A stretch of 64,000 nucleotides of DNA from an uncultured Veillonellaceae bacterium (GCA_963805085.1 CAWDTA010000002.1:1760001-1824000); one strand, 5' to 3'; shown: positions 53,467-64,000, numbered from the stretch's first letter. Notes: a model not told the origin generated them from the sequence alone. Numbers and translations: made by a program.

Positions 53467-53748
53467 ATGATTATTAACAATAATATTCAAAGTGTTTTAA
53501 AAGCGTATGGTGATAATAAAACCGTGAAAACGGCTAAACCAGAAAATAAAGCAACAAATATAAATAAACCAGATGAAGTTGTTTTATCTTCCCAAGCGCA
53601 ATCATTTAGTAAAGTATTACAAAAGGCAAAAAATATGACTGATGTTAGAGATGACAAAGTGAAAACCTTATCAACGCAAGTTGATTCCGGCACATATTCT
53701 GTTGATTCGAGAAATATTGCGGAGAAAATGTTAAATGCGAGATATTAA
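53467..53748 (+). CDS. flgM: Anti-sigma-28 factor
   Basis: DEVVLSSQA, VRDDKV...GTYSVDSRNIAEKML. Confidence 0.92.
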   Translation: MIINNNIQSVLKAYGDNKTVKTAKPENKATNINKPDEVVLSSQAQSFSKVLQKAKNMTDVRDDKVKTLSTQVDSGTYSVDSRNIAEKMLNARY

Positions 53749-53787
53749 GAGGTACAAAACAGACAGAACCAGAAAGGAATAAAATAA

Positions 53788-54270
53788 ATGTGGAAAGAAT
53801 TGGTTTCCGTATTAAAGAAACTATTAGATCTATATATCCAATTACTGGTTTTAAGTAAAGAAAAACGTATGGTTATTGCAAGTGTAAAGATGACCGAGCT
53901 AGAAAAAATAGTTAGACAAGAGCAGATCATGATCGCCACCATAGGAAAGCTCGAACAGCGAAGAGAATCGGTTCTTACGAGTTTGCTGGTATCAGAAAAT
54001 ATTTCGACACCGAATAAAGAATTATTGGATTTAGTGATGTTTTGTGATCAAGCTACTGGTAACAAAATCAAAGAAATTCATAGTCAATTTAAAGCAACAT
54101 TGGCAGAATTAGAAAGCAATAACAAACTAAATAACCATCTCATTACTCAAGCATTATCGGTGGTTAATTATAATTTAAATGTGTTATCACAAACTTGTGC
54201 AGGGCCGACGTATGCTGAAAAAGGGCAAGAACAATTCTCGAATGCAAAACGATTTGACTATAAAGCATAA
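53788..54270 (+). CDS. flgN: Flagellar export chaperone FlgN (copy 1)
   Basis: Helical, LEQRR, NKLNNHLITQAL, TY...FDYKA. Confidence 0.85.
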   Translation: MWKELVSVLKKLLDLYIQLLVLSKEKRMVIASVKMTELEKIVRQEQIMIATIGKLEQRRESVLTSLLVSENISTPNKELLDLVMFCDQATGNKIKEIHSQFKATLAELESNNKLNNHLITQALSVVNYNLNVLSQTCAGPTYAEKGQEQFSNAKRFDYKA

Positions 54271-54289
54271 TGCAAAGGAGAATTGTTTC

Positions 54290-54772
54290 ATGGAACAATT
54301 AAGTATCATTTTAAAAGAGCAAATTACGATTTGTGAACAATTGCTAGCGTTAAGTAAATCACAAAGCCAAGAACTTGTTATTGGTAATGCAATTAAAGTT
54401 AAGAAAATCACGAAAGCTATATCAGAAAAGATGAAACAACTTTTTTTGCTAAATCATAAACGACAAGCTGCTATTGATGGGATAAAGCAGAACTATGAAA
54501 TAAATGATTCTGTTACTTTAGTGAAATTGGTTGAATTAGTTGATTCAAACGTTAAAGAGTCCTTACTAGACTTAATCAATGATTTAGGTAAAGTTGTTGA
54601 TGAATTAAAGGCGTATATTCAACAAAATAAGCTGTTATTGGCAAAAGCAATGCAATTTATTGATTTTAATATAAATCTGATTACCAGCACGGTAGCTAGT
54701 GATACCTATGAACCAAAAGGGCAAGAGGGTAGTGGCATTAGTAAAAGAAAGATGTTTGACCAATCAATATAG
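54290..54772 (+). CDS. flgN: Flagellar export chaperone FlgN (copy 2)
   Basis: AGGAG RBS; NKLLLAKAMQFIDFNINL...TYEPKG...FDQSI. Confidence 0.8.
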   Translation: MEQLSIILKEQITICEQLLALSKSQSQELVIGNAIKVKKITKAISEKMKQLFLLNHKRQAAIDGIKQNYEINDSVTLVKLVELVDSNVKESLLDLINDLGKVVDELKAYIQQNKLLLAKAMQFIDFNINLITSTVASDTYEPKGQEGSGISKRKMFDQSI

Positions 54773-54792
54773 TGAAATGAGAGTGATAATAA

Positions 54793-56349
54793 ATGAGATC
54801 TACATTTGCAGGTATCAATACGATGGAACGTGGTTTAATTAATAGTCAAATGCAATTGGATACGGTAGGACATAATATTACCAATACTGATACGACAGGA
54901 TATTCTAGACAAACGGTAAACTCAGTAGCTACTGCTTCTCAGACGATTTATGGCAGTAGTGGTACTTGCCAAGTGGGTACAGGTGTTGATGCAAAATCGA
55001 TTACTAGGGCGCGTGACGTTTATGCTGACCGGCAATATTGGCAAGAAAACTCGAATACATCGTATCAAAAAGTCCAGCAGACTTCTTATGACTCCATTGA
55101 ATCAATCTTTGATGAAAGTAGTAGTTCAGGTTTATCTACAGTTTTAAGTGATTTTTGGAAGGATTGCAAAAATTTATCAACGAATGCTGGTGATTATAGT
55201 ACGCGTGTTGTTCTTCGTGATGCAGGTAAAGAATTGACGACTAAGATCCAAGATAGCACATCACAATTACAAGATACGATAACCAATAATAATGATTCTA
55301 TTAAGTTAAAGGTGGAAAGTGTCAATCAGTTGACGAGTGCTATTTATGATTTAAACAAGCAAATCGTTAGATCAGAAGCGACCGGTGGAACAGCAAATGA
55401 TATGCGCGATAGTCGAGATGCCTTGGTTGATAAGTTATCTGCATTAGTCAATGTCAGTGTGACAGAAAAAAGCAATGGCAGTTATTCTATTACTTCCAAT
55501 GGAAATACATTAGTTGATGAGGATGGGCATACTAATTTAGCCACGAAGACGACAGCAAATAATGACTATGGGGTGCAGGACCTTACAATTATTGTAGAAA
55601 ACTCGGGCACAACCTACACGGCAACCAGCGGTGAATTAAAAGGACTACAAGATTCTACGACTGAAGCCAAAAGTTATATTGATAACTTAACGACGATGTC
55701 ATCTTATTTACTTACCACCTTTAATACTGCACATAAAGCTGGCTATGGTATTGATTCTAGTGAAACCACAGGGCTTAATTTTTTCTGCGGGTCTAGTGGC
55801 AGTACCACAGATTACAGTTCATTAGCTTATAATTCGACTTCTGGTACATGGCAAATGACTGTAAGCGGCGTGACGACAGACGTAAATCGTACGGATATAT
55901 TAAATAATTACTTAAATGTAAATAGTGACTTTGATGCAACTGGTGGCACGGATTTAATTGCAGCAAAAACAGCAAAAAAATCTACTACGAGTGGCACAAG
56001 TACAGGACAGGATACAGCAAGTGGTGATAATGCGACGATATTAGGAAATTTAATTGGTAGTACTTCTAGCGCGATGCTGGGTAATGTGACATTAACTTCC
56101 TATTATAGCGGGGTGCTTGGTAAACTTGGGGTAGATGCACAAGCAGTAGACCGTAAAGTAACGACTCAAGATGCGATTATGACGCAAGTTACAGATTCTA
56201 GGCAGTCTACGGCTGGGGTTAATTCCAATGAAGAGTTAAGCAATATGATTATGTACCAACAAGGCTATAGTGCATCGTCAAGATGCTTAACGACAATGGA
56301 TGAAATGCTTGATAAGTTAATCAATAGTACTGGACAAGTAGGAAGGTAG
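54793..56349 (+). CDS. flgK: Hook-associated protein 1
   Basis: GHNITNTDTTGYSRQ; GVNSNEELSNMIMYQQGYSAS. Confidence 0.95.
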   Translation: MRSTFAGINTMERGLINSQMQLDTVGHNITNTDTTGYSRQTVNSVATASQTIYGSSGTCQVGTGVDAKSITRARDVYADRQYWQENSNTSYQKVQQTSYDSIESIFDESSSSGLSTVLSDFWKDCKNLSTNAGDYSTRVVLRDAGKELTTKIQDSTSQLQDTITNNNDSIKLKVESVNQLTSAIYDLNKQIVRSEATGGTANDMRDSRDALVDKLSALVNVSVTEKSNGSYSITSNGNTLVDEDGHTNLATKTTANNDYGVQDLTIIVENSGTTYTATSGELKGLQDSTTEAKSYIDNLTTMSSYLLTTFNTAHKAGYGIDSSETTGLNFFCGSSGSTTDYSSLAYNSTSGTWQMTVSGVTTDVNRTDILNNYLNVNSDFDATGGTDLIAAKTAKKSTTSGTSTGQDTASGDNATILGNLIGSTSSAMLGNVTLTSYYSGVLGKLGVDAQAVDRKVTTQDAIMTQVTDSRQSTAGVNSNEELSNMIMYQQGYSASSRCLTTMDEMLDKLINSTGQVGR

Positions 56350-56358
56350 GAATAATAA

Positions 56359-57666
56359 ATGCGTGTTAGTAGTGGGATGATGACGAATAATTATTTAGCA
56401 CAATTGAATAGTCAATACAAACGACAATCAGATTTAATGGAACAAAGCGACGGCAGTTCTATTCATCGGCCGTCTGATGATCCGGTGGCATTTGTGAAAA
56501 CGATGACATCAAAATTTAGTTTGGCAGAAAATGAACAATATACTAGCAATTTAAATGATGCAGTATCTTGGATGACAACATCAGATAATGCAATGACGAG
56601 TATGACTGATATTTTAAAATCCATTGTAGAAAAAACAACAGCAGCTGCCAATGGTACCAATACAACAGCCGATACACAAGCGGCTGGTAAAGAAGTGGAT
56701 GCCCTGATTGACCAGTTGGTTTCAGAGGGAAATTCGCAGCTTGGTGATCGATATGTTTTTTCAGGACAAGCAGATAAAACAGCGCCATTTGTAACTGGGA
56801 CGGTAACCGCTAAGGCTGATGTGAAGACACTAGATGATAAACAAACAGATGCCTTTGGAACAAGTCAAATGCTGACACTTACAGATAGCTCGTCAAATAC
56901 TTATTATTTGGATACGACAAACGGTAGTTTATATACCAAAGATTATGTTGATAATGGCTATAAGACTACGCTAGCTAATAACTCGACAGCAACGACAACT
57001 GCTATTAAAGCAGCAGTTGCAGCGAATACTGTTGGAACACTAAGTGGCTTTAATGCCAGTACAATTTTCACTACAACAGCAAATGGCGGTACAGGAACTA
57101 CCTTTAATAGTAAAGGGCAGCTAAATGTAACCAACTCATTTACACAAAATGTAAATGGAGTATCGACTGCTTTAACTTTCTCTACTAGTGATAAAAGTGT
57201 AGTTACGTATGCTGGTGATAATGTAAAAATATCGATGCCAATCCAAAATGGTGTCGCAACACCAAGTAGTGATAGCGTAAACTCAACGGGTGGTGATATC
57301 TTTGGGACTGATCTATTTGGTGCATCTGGTACCGCTCTTATCAATAACTTGTATGAGATCAGTTCACATATGAAAAGTGGTGATACCAATTGGTTGTCAT
57401 CGGATGGAATTACACTTGCAAATGATGCCCATTCTCAAGTTTTAAATGCCCAGACATCACTTGCCTCGCGGTTAGAAGGCTATGATTTGACAAAAACGAC
57501 GATGGAAAATCAAAATACACAGATTCAAACGGATATTACTAATACTAGTGCTGCGGATGTTGCGGAATTGATTGTGAATCTGCAAACAGCGCAAACCTTG
57601 TATAATATGTCACTTCAAGTTGGTTCTAAGATATTACCACAGTCGCTTGCTGATTACCTATCATAA
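56359..57666 (+). CDS. flgL: Hook-associated protein 3
   Basis: RPSDDP, GDRYVFSG, SLADYL. Confidence 0.92.
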   Translation: MRVSSGMMTNNYLAQLNSQYKRQSDLMEQSDGSSIHRPSDDPVAFVKTMTSKFSLAENEQYTSNLNDAVSWMTTSDNAMTSMTDILKSIVEKTTAAANGTNTTADTQAAGKEVDALIDQLVSEGNSQLGDRYVFSGQADKTAPFVTGTVTAKADVKTLDDKQTDAFGTSQMLTLTDSSSNTYYLDTTNGSLYTKDYVDNGYKTTLANNSTATTTAIKAAVAANTVGTLSGFNASTIFTTTANGGTGTTFNSKGQLNVTNSFTQNVNGVSTALTFSTSDKSVVTYAGDNVKISMPIQNGVATPSSDSVNSTGGDIFGTDLFGASGTALINNLYEISSHMKSGDTNWLSSDGITLANDAHSQVLNAQTSLASRLEGYDLTKTTMENQNTQIQTDITNTSAADVAELIVNLQTAQTLYNMSLQVGSKILPQSLADYLS

Positions 57667-57685
57667 GTCAAAGGATTTGATTTAA

Positions 57686-58249
57686 ATGGAATTTCTTAAT
57701 ATTAGGACACAACAGCCACGCATTGATTTAAATATTCAAAGAGGAAAGCTGGATATGAGAACGCCACCGGTTAAGCTTGATATCGACAATGGTTCAGCTA
57801 CCGTGGATATACATACCACGCATGCTACTTTAGAAATTGATTCATATCCTTCTCGTGCTTCCTATGGACTATTATCAACAGCAGATCAAGTCATGCAGAG
57901 TAGTCAGGAGGCTAAGCAAGACGCCACTGAAGGAATTGCAAGAAGAGCGCAGGAAGGTACAGCATTTTTAGAAACGCCTAGTCCTAAAAATGTTATTGCA
58001 AATCGAGAAAAATCGAAACTTTCTGAGATGCCAACCATGCAAGTAAAATTGTGTCAAGTGGCGCCACCGACAATTAACTATACGCCAAGTGAGGTTGAAT
58101 TTACACCGAAGATTAGACCAGCATCATCAAAAGTCGATGCTCCACCGGTGGAAATCAACTATACACGACCTCAAGTAAATACTTATGTGAAACAAAAGTC
58201 AGATGTGAGAATGTGGGTAAGTAAGGATAAATACGATATATATGCCTGA
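57686..58249 (+). CDS. YviE-like protein
   Basis: Position between flgL and fliW; EGIARRAQEG motif. Confidence 0.75.
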   Translation: MEFLNIRTQQPRIDLNIQRGKLDMRTPPVKLDIDNGSATVDIHTTHATLEIDSYPSRASYGLLSTADQVMQSSQEAKQDATEGIARRAQEGTAFLETPSPKNVIANREKSKLSEMPTMQVKLCQVAPPTINYTPSEVEFTPKIRPASSKVDAPPVEINYTRPQVNTYVKQKSDVRMWVSKDKYDIYA

Positions 58250-58263
58250 AAGGTGGTTAAATT

Positions 58264-58716
58264 TTGCAAGTTCAAACAACAAGATTTGGTACAATTGAAA
58301 TAGATGAAACCGATATTATAACATTTGGTGATGGTTTGCCTGGATTTCCCGAGGAGTGTCAATTTGTTATTTTGCCGTATGATGACGAAAGCCCATTTGT
58401 TTTATTGCAATCAACAACAGAAGATTATTTAGCATTTCTAATGACGGATCCGTTTTTGTTTTTTAAGGATTATCAATTTGAAATTGATCAAGACAATATG
58501 AATAGTTTAGAAGTTAAAGAAGAAAAAGATATCGCAGTGTACACGATGGTTACGGTGCCAATAGGCAAAGTGAGAGAAATGACTACTAACTTAGTTGCAC
58601 CAGTAGTTATCAATATCAATAGCAAAGCAGGTAAACAGATCGTTTTGGAAAAAAGTAAGTATACGACAAAACATCGTTTGTTTACGGACGCAGTTGCTAG
58701 TGAAGGGGGCAAATAA
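58264..58716 (+). CDS. fliW: Flagellar assembly factor FliW
   Basis: TTRFG, GLPGF, LQS, DPF, TTNLVAPVVIN. Confidence 0.95.
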   Translation: MQVQTTRFGTIEIDETDIITFGDGLPGFPEECQFVILPYDDESPFVLLQSTTEDYLAFLMTDPFLFFKDYQFEIDQDNMNSLEVKEEKDIAVYTMVTVPIGKVREMTTNLVAPVVININSKAGKQIVLEKSKYTTKHRLFTDAVASEGGK

Positions 58717-58719
58717 TCA

Positions 58720-58944
58720 ATGTTAGCCCTTACTCGTAAACCAGGTCAGCAAATTATGATTGGTGAGGATATCGTGATTAATTTTGTTGATGTTCAAGGC
58801 GACAGTGTTCGTGTGGCAATTGATGCTCCAAAGCATATTAAAATTTTTCGCGGTGAGCTATATGCGGCAATTATTGCTGAAAATAAACGTGCAATGGAAA
58901 GTTCCACAGAAAAGATCGAATTACCACATATAAATAAAAAATAA
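58720..58944 (+). CDS. csrA: Carbon storage regulator
   Basis: MLALTRKPGQQIMIG...VRVAIDAPK...RGEL. Confidence 0.95.
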   Translation: MLALTRKPGQQIMIGEDIVINFVDVQGDSVRVAIDAPKHIKIFRGELYAAIIAENKRAMESSTEKIELPHINKK

Positions 58945-59065
58945 ATTTTATTTACGATCTTTATCATTGATGACAATTAAAAAGTTTTTTTGATCAAATT
59001 TTATAATTGGGTGTGCTTGTCATCAAATCAAAGGATTGAATAAATATTCTATGGAGGGATGTCTT

Positions 59066-59449
59066 GTGATCAGCGGTACAAGTGGTGTAGGAAGTGATCT
59101 GACTACAGCCGTACAACCAGTTAGATCTACAACTGTGGATGAAAACAAGTTAACATCTAATGATAGTTCCACAAGCGATGTTAGCTTAGGCAAGCAAGGT
59201 CAAATTGATGGCAAAGAATTATCAGAAGATGATGTCAGTAAAATGAGTGATGCTTTAAACAAATTTATGGAACAGTCAAAAGACTGTAATATCAGGTTCG
59301 ATTATTGTAAGGAATTGGATCGTATGACAATGCAAGTTGTTGACAAAAAGACAAATGAAGTAATAAAGGAATTCCCCCCAAAGAAGATGCTAGATGTGTT
59401 GATTGGCATTCGTGAGTGGGTTGGTGTGTTGCTTGATAAAAAAGTGTGA
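59066..59449 (+). CDS. flaG: FlaG family protein
   Basis: VVDKKTNEVIKEFPP...GVLLDKKV. Confidence 0.92.
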   Translation: MISGTSGVGSDLTTAVQPVRSTTVDENKLTSNDSSTSDVSLGKQGQIDGKELSEDDVSKMSDALNKFMEQSKDCNIRFDYCKELDRMTMQVVDKKTNEVIKEFPPKKMLDVLIGIREWVGVLLDKKV

Positions 59450-59480
59450 GAAATTCAAATGGAATTAGGAGTGGTGAAAA

Positions 59481-61142
59481 ATGGCAGCATCAAAAGGTGT
59501 ATCACTAGGTACTTCAGGCTTAGATATTGATACTTTGGTAACAAATTCGGTAGCCAAATATCAAACAAATTATGATAAGAAATATAAGTCTAAAGTGTCG
59601 GCCCAATGGACAAAATCTGCTTATTCAGATATTTACAGTGCGGTAAAAGATTTTCGTACCGGAACAGCATCCGATTATAAACTATCATCAAATACAGTTG
59701 CGCGTACTGCGACTAGTACGTTAACAGCGATTACTGCCACTGCAAATGCTGACGCAACTACGATGACGCATGATGTGACGGTATCGCAACTCGCATCAAG
59801 TGCGATGTTACAAACAGCATCGGGATCAAAAGTAAGTAAAAGCATAACTAGCGGTACAACGACTACTACTAGTATTAAGCTAGCCGATGTTGCAGGAATA
59901 GACACCTCGACGGGAGCTGATACCGATACGGCGCTATCTTTCACAATCGGTGATGGTAGTTCGACAAAAACTATATCGTATACTTATCTTCAATTGAAGG
60001 GTGGAACTGATGCAAATGGTAAGACCGTCGCAGCTAAAACTTTAAATGATTTTGCTTCTGATATCAAGGCAGCTGGACTTAATGTTGGGGCAAGCTACGA
60101 CTCAGTCAACGATTCATTTAGCTTATATAACTCTAAAAGTGGGTCTGCTAACACAATTAAAATTACTTTAGATCAGGATACTTCAGGAACTACAACCACG
60201 GCAGGAACGAATGCCCAAAGTTTATTTACTGCATTCAATTTGTCGTCTTATGATAGTTCAACGAAGGCGACGACAGCATTAAGTGGGTCGACGACATTGT
60301 CATTATATGACGGAACAATTAAAGGAACAGATGCAACCTTTACAGTCGATGGGAAGAGTTATACAAAAGATTCCAATATAAATACAATTAATGGTGTTAC
60401 TTATACTTTCAATGATATAACTAGTACAACAGGGAAAGTAACGATTGGTACAGATACTACTGCATTGATAGCAAAAGTACAAAAATTTGTTGATAGCTAT
60501 AATGCACTGCTTAGTAAATTAAATACAAAACTTTATGAAACAAAAGATAGTGATTATGGACCATTAACGGATACTGAAAAAAAAGAAATGTCAGATACGC
60601 AAGTAACAGACTGGGAAACGAAAGCAAAGACTGGTTTGTTAAGCAAGAATACGATCCTTTCTAACACTGTAAATGAAATGCGTAGTGCAATTTCTGATAA
60701 GGTTGATAGTGTGTCGGGCAAGTATGATACACTGTCATCAATTGGGATCACGACAACAGATTATCTTGAGCATGGTACATTACATCTTGATACAGATAAA
60801 TTAACAAAAGCTATTGCCGATGATCCGAATTGTGTATACAATTTATTTGCTAGCAAGGGAGCTACTGATGAAACTAGTGGGGTAGCCTATCGTTTGTCTG
60901 CTGTTACTTCAGATAGCTTGACGAAAATTACCAATGAAGCTGGTATTTCTAGTACAACCGATGACCAAAGTGCATTAGGTGTGAAAATAACAAAAATGAC
61001 GAGTGATTTAAAATCGCTGCAAGCGATTTTAAGTGCGAAAGAAACCTATTACTACAATAAGTATAATAAAATGGAAGAAGCAATGTCCAAGAATACATCA
61101 ACGACGAGTACTTTAAGTAGCTATCTTGGCCAGAGCAGTTGA
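59481..61142 (+). CDS. fliD: Flagellar filament cap protein
   Basis: SGLDIDTLV, VSQLA, FVDSYN, LSSIGI, YNKMEEAMSK. Confidence 0.95.
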   Translation: MAASKGVSLGTSGLDIDTLVTNSVAKYQTNYDKKYKSKVSAQWTKSAYSDIYSAVKDFRTGTASDYKLSSNTVARTATSTLTAITATANADATTMTHDVTVSQLASSAMLQTASGSKVSKSITSGTTTTTSIKLADVAGIDTSTGADTDTALSFTIGDGSSTKTISYTYLQLKGGTDANGKTVAAKTLNDFASDIKAAGLNVGASYDSVNDSFSLYNSKSGSANTIKITLDQDTSGTTTTAGTNAQSLFTAFNLSSYDSSTKATTALSGSTTLSLYDGTIKGTDATFTVDGKSYTKDSNINTINGVTYTFNDITSTTGKVTIGTDTTALIAKVQKFVDSYNALLSKLNTKLYETKDSDYGPLTDTEKKEMSDTQVTDWETKAKTGLLSKNTILSNTVNEMRSAISDKVDSVSGKYDTLSSIGITTTDYLEHGTLHLDTDKLTKAIADDPNCVYNLFASKGATDETSGVAYRLSAVTSDSLTKITNEAGISSTTDDQSALGVKITKMTSDLKSLQAILSAKETYYYNKYNKMEEAMSKNTSTTSTLSSYLGQSS

Positions 61143-61181
61143 TGGTATTGCAAAATTGTTTTGACATAAGGGGATATCAAT

Positions 61182-61610
61182 ATGTATAAAAATACTGCAC
61201 AGAGTGCTGAGGTTTATCGTACGCAACAAATTATGACAGCATCTCCAGCAGAACTGACGCTGATGCTTTATAATGGAGCCATTAAATTTACGAATGAAGC
61301 CATGAAAGCACTAGAAGAAAAGAATTATGAGGAAAAAAATACTCTTTGCATTAAGGCGCAAAATATTATATCAGAATTTCAAGTTACGTTAAAAATGGAT
61401 TATGATTTTTGTGCGACTTGGATGGCACTTTATGACTATATTAAAAAATGTCTATTTGAAGGCAATGTAAATAATGATATGTCGAAGCTAAAAGAAGCGA
61501 AAGAATTAATCACAGAATTTCGTAATACTTGGCATGAAGTGATGAAAATAAATAAAGCCAATAAAGCGGAAGCTGCCATTAAAGCTGGTACAGCAGGGAT
61601 AGCAAGATGA
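61182..61610 (+). CDS. fliS: Flagellin chaperone
   Basis: TASPAELTLMLYNGAIKF, LYDY. Confidence 0.95.
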   Translation: MYKNTAQSAEVYRTQQIMTASPAELTLMLYNGAIKFTNEAMKALEEKNYEEKNTLCIKAQNIISEFQVTLKMDYDFCATWMALYDYIKKCLFEGNVNNDMSKLKEAKELITEFRNTWHEVMKINKANKAEAAIKAGTAGIAR

Positions 61611-61954
61611 TGGAACAGTTACCAACATACAATGCAAAAGAACTTTGGCAAAAGTTTGCTATGTTAACCGATGAAATGAAAAAATTTATCGAAAAAAATG
61701 ATATTGATCAATTTTTAGAGCTAAATGATCAGCGTGATCAATTCGAAAACATGATTAAAAATCAAACGGACACGTCCTTTATTCAATCCGAGGAAGGTCA
61801 AGTTTTGCTTAAACGACTCATAGCCGTGCAAAAAGAAATCTATGTTGCAGGACAGATGTGGTTAAATGATTCACGAATGAATCGTAATGTTAGCCGTTCT
61901 TATGAATCTTTAGGTTTTAATATAAGTGGAATGCAGGTTGATGGAAGATTATAA
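61607..61954 (+). CDS. FliT-like chaperone
   Basis: 115-aa helical protein after fliS, overlapping start/stop. Confidence 0.65.
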   Translation: MMEQLPTYNAKELWQKFAMLTDEMKKFIEKNDIDQFLELNDQRDQFENMIKNQTDTSFIQSEEGQVLLKRLIAVQKEIYVAGQMWLNDSRMNRNVSRSYESLGFNISGMQVDGRL

Positions 61955-61984
61955 AAATTATTTTATAATTTTTCAAAAAGTACT

Positions 61985-62011
61985 TAAGTATTACAAAATT
62001 TTTACGATATA
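61985..62011 (+). promoter_or_regulatory. Sigma-28-like promoter of flagellin
   Basis: TAAG-N14-TACGATAT upstream of fliC. Confidence 0.65.
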
Positions 62012-62078
62012 ATAAATGAAGTAGTTAAAAAAAGTAATCAGTTACCGAGCGATCGGCGGTGACGATACTTATAATTTT

Positions 62079-62129
62079 CTGGGCAGGGATGCTCAGCAAA
62101 TAAAAAAATAAAAGCAAAATCAGGGAGGA
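62079..62129 (+). promoter_or_regulatory. CsrA-binding sites in fliC leader
   Basis: Hairpin ctgggca-GGGA-tgctcag plus GGA in the RBS, as in FliW-CsrA-flagellin control. Confidence 0.7.
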
Positions 62130-62137
62130 ATATTATT

Positions 62138-63451
62138 ATGTCATCAGGTTTAGTAGTAAAAAACAATTTATCCGCGTTAAACACATTAAATACCATGAAC
62201 AAAAACACGTCTGCTTTGAACAAAAGTATGTCGAAAGTATCTTCAGGTTTAAAAATTAGAAATGCAGCAGATGATTCTTCAGGATATCAAATTTCTGAAA
62301 GAATGAAAGTGCAAATTCGTTCTCTTGACCAAGCAAATCAAAATACACAAAATGGTTCATCGTTATTAAGTACAGCTGCCGGTGGTGTTGATTCCACAGT
62401 AGAAATCTTAAAAACACTAAAAGAAAAAGTAATCAGTGCAGCAAATGGTACAAACACTGATAGTGATTTATCAGCAATCCAAGATGAAATGGATCAATCA
62501 ATTGATCAAATTAACGACAATTCTAATGTAACATTTAATAATCAATATTTAAGCAATGGTTCTAGAAGTGGAAAAGGCGTTGCGACGAAATCTGCTTATG
62601 TAAATAGTTCGTTAAATACAGGGACTGATTCCAGTACTGCTTTGACGTCATTGACAGATCGTAATGGTGGAACTTTGGGTATCGTTTCTACAGATACTGT
62701 AACTGTTTCTTATGTTTCTAATGGTACAACAACTACGACTAGTTTCCAAGTTGGTACTACTAGTACTCTTGACGATGTACTTACTAAAATTACAGGTTCA
62801 AGTTCTACATATAGCAGTACAATTGGTACAGATTCTGGTTCTAATACTATTAATACAGCAGATAAATCAAATGTATTAACACTTTCATCTACTGCTGCAG
62901 GTGTATCTTCATCCATTTCTGGCTTTACTATTGGGGTAACAGATAGCTCAGGAAATGAGAAAAAACTTGTTGATACAAAATTAGATGCGTTTAGTGAAAA
63001 AATTACTGCACAAAACACAGTAAGTGAAGATACCGCATTAAGCTTACAAGTTGGTACAAAATCTAATCAAACAATTAAAGTATCTTTATCTGATATGGGT
63101 GCAAAAGCATTAGGCTTACAAGGTCAGGATTCAGCAACAGGTGATGTTAATCTTGATGTATCAACAAAAGATAATGCCAATGCAGCAATCAACACAATTG
63201 ATGCAGCATTGCAAAGAGCTTTATCCGAACAAACAAAAATCGGTGCAGCTCAAAGTCGCTTAGACTATACTTCAACTAACTTGACAACTTCAAGTGAAAA
63301 TGTAACAGATGCTCAGTCCACAATTGCTGATGCTGATATGGCAAAAGAAATGACTGAATACAGCAAAAACAGCGTGTTACAACAGGCTGCTCAATCAATG
63401 CTTGCACAAGCTAACCAATCAGGTTCTGGCGTGTTAAGCTTATTAAAATAA
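62138..63451 (+). CDS. fliC: Flagellin
   Basis: SSGLKIRNAADD, QVG, IGAAQSRL, IADADMAKEM, VLSLLK. Confidence 0.97.
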   Translation: MSSGLVVKNNLSALNTLNTMNKNTSALNKSMSKVSSGLKIRNAADDSSGYQISERMKVQIRSLDQANQNTQNGSSLLSTAAGGVDSTVEILKTLKEKVISAANGTNTDSDLSAIQDEMDQSIDQINDNSNVTFNNQYLSNGSRSGKGVATKSAYVNSSLNTGTDSSTALTSLTDRNGGTLGIVSTDTVTVSYVSNGTTTTTSFQVGTTSTLDDVLTKITGSSSTYSSTIGTDSGSNTINTADKSNVLTLSSTAAGVSSSISGFTIGVTDSSGNEKKLVDTKLDAFSEKITAQNTVSEDTALSLQVGTKSNQTIKVSLSDMGAKALGLQGQDSATGDVNLDVSTKDNANAAINTIDAALQRALSEQTKIGAAQSRLDYTSTNLTTSSENVTDAQSTIADADMAKEMTEYSKNSVLQQAAQSMLAQANQSGSGVLSLLK

Positions 63452-63600
63452 TTTGTTGTAAACAAGATACGTGGTATTTGAAAAAAGAGGATGGCATAAA
63501 CCATCCTCTTTTTCATTAAAATAATTAGTGATTGAAAGTAGATTATGGTGGTATTGTCTATTTTCAATTACTAATTATTATAACGTGAGGTAAAAGAAAA

Positions 63601-64000
63601 ATGAAAATATCTGCTTGTGTCATTGTAAAAAATGAAGAAGAAAATTTAGCTGTCTGTTTAGAAAGTATGAAAAATATTGTTGATGAGATCATCGTTGTTG
63701 ATACTGGGTCTACGGATCAGACAATAACCATAGCAAAACAGCTGAAAGCAAATGTTTATTCTTATCCTTGGGAAAATGATTTTGCCGCAGCAAAAAACTT
63801 CGCACTAGAAAAGGCAACAGGTGATTGGATTGTTTTTCTTGATGCTGATGAATATTTTACGCCGGAAACCATTGGTAATGTAAAACATGTTATTGCTAAA
63901 CATGCCAAAGAATGTGATGCCTATATATTAAAAATGATTAATATTGATGTCGATAATAATAATAAACCTATAGATGATTTTTTTGCAATGCGCATTTTAA
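63601..64000 (+). CDS. GT2 glycosyltransferase (likely flagellin glycosylation), runs off window end
   Basis: Manual translation MKISACVIVKNEEENL...VVDTGSTD...DFAAAKNFALEKATGDWIVFLDADE. Confidence 0.92.
   Translation, partial: MKISACVIVKNEEENLAVCLESMKNIVDEIIVVDTGSTDQTITIAKQLKANVYSYPWENDFAAAKNFALEKATGDWIVFLDADEYFTPETIGNVKHVIAKHAKECDAYILKMINIDVDNNNKPIDDFFAMRIL

Overview
AT-rich chromosomal window from a motile, probably spore-forming Firmicute; 16S features and gene content suggest Negativicutes (Selenomonadales/Sporomusaceae-like). The core backbone is tadA / tRNA-Ser ... tRNA-Ser-SRP RNA-dnaX-ybaB-recR-yaaL-bofA-rRNA operon (16S with a ~100-nt V1 insertion, no spacer tRNA), then HD-GYP, GH18, LCP, a ComK-like gene behind a LexA-type box, ABC-F, a sigma factor, recD2-comF and the late flagellar cluster (flgM, two flgN, flgKL, fliW, csrA, flaG, fliDST, fliC, GT2). 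About 22 kb of accessory DNA lies between tRNA-Ser(CGA) and tRNA-Ser(GGA). Its left ~10.6 kb (8.4-19.0 kb) is the most unusual part. It holds a 51-bp-repeat-bounded AlbA/Fic islet and four expression cassettes sharing a ~190-bp terminator + promoter-like block + structured leader. These drive two tail-fibre-like proteins with swapped tips and two signal-peptide-less FN3 proteins, arranged around a phage-type lysis module and a 500-bp hairpin-rich non-coding region with a predicted ~95-nt antisense RNA. No capsid, tail-tube or integrase genes are present. Two families of dispersed palindromic repeats (4 copies each) occur; one shares its structured core with an insert in the 16S-23S spacer. All calls are by eye from the sequence and ORF track; no database searches were run.
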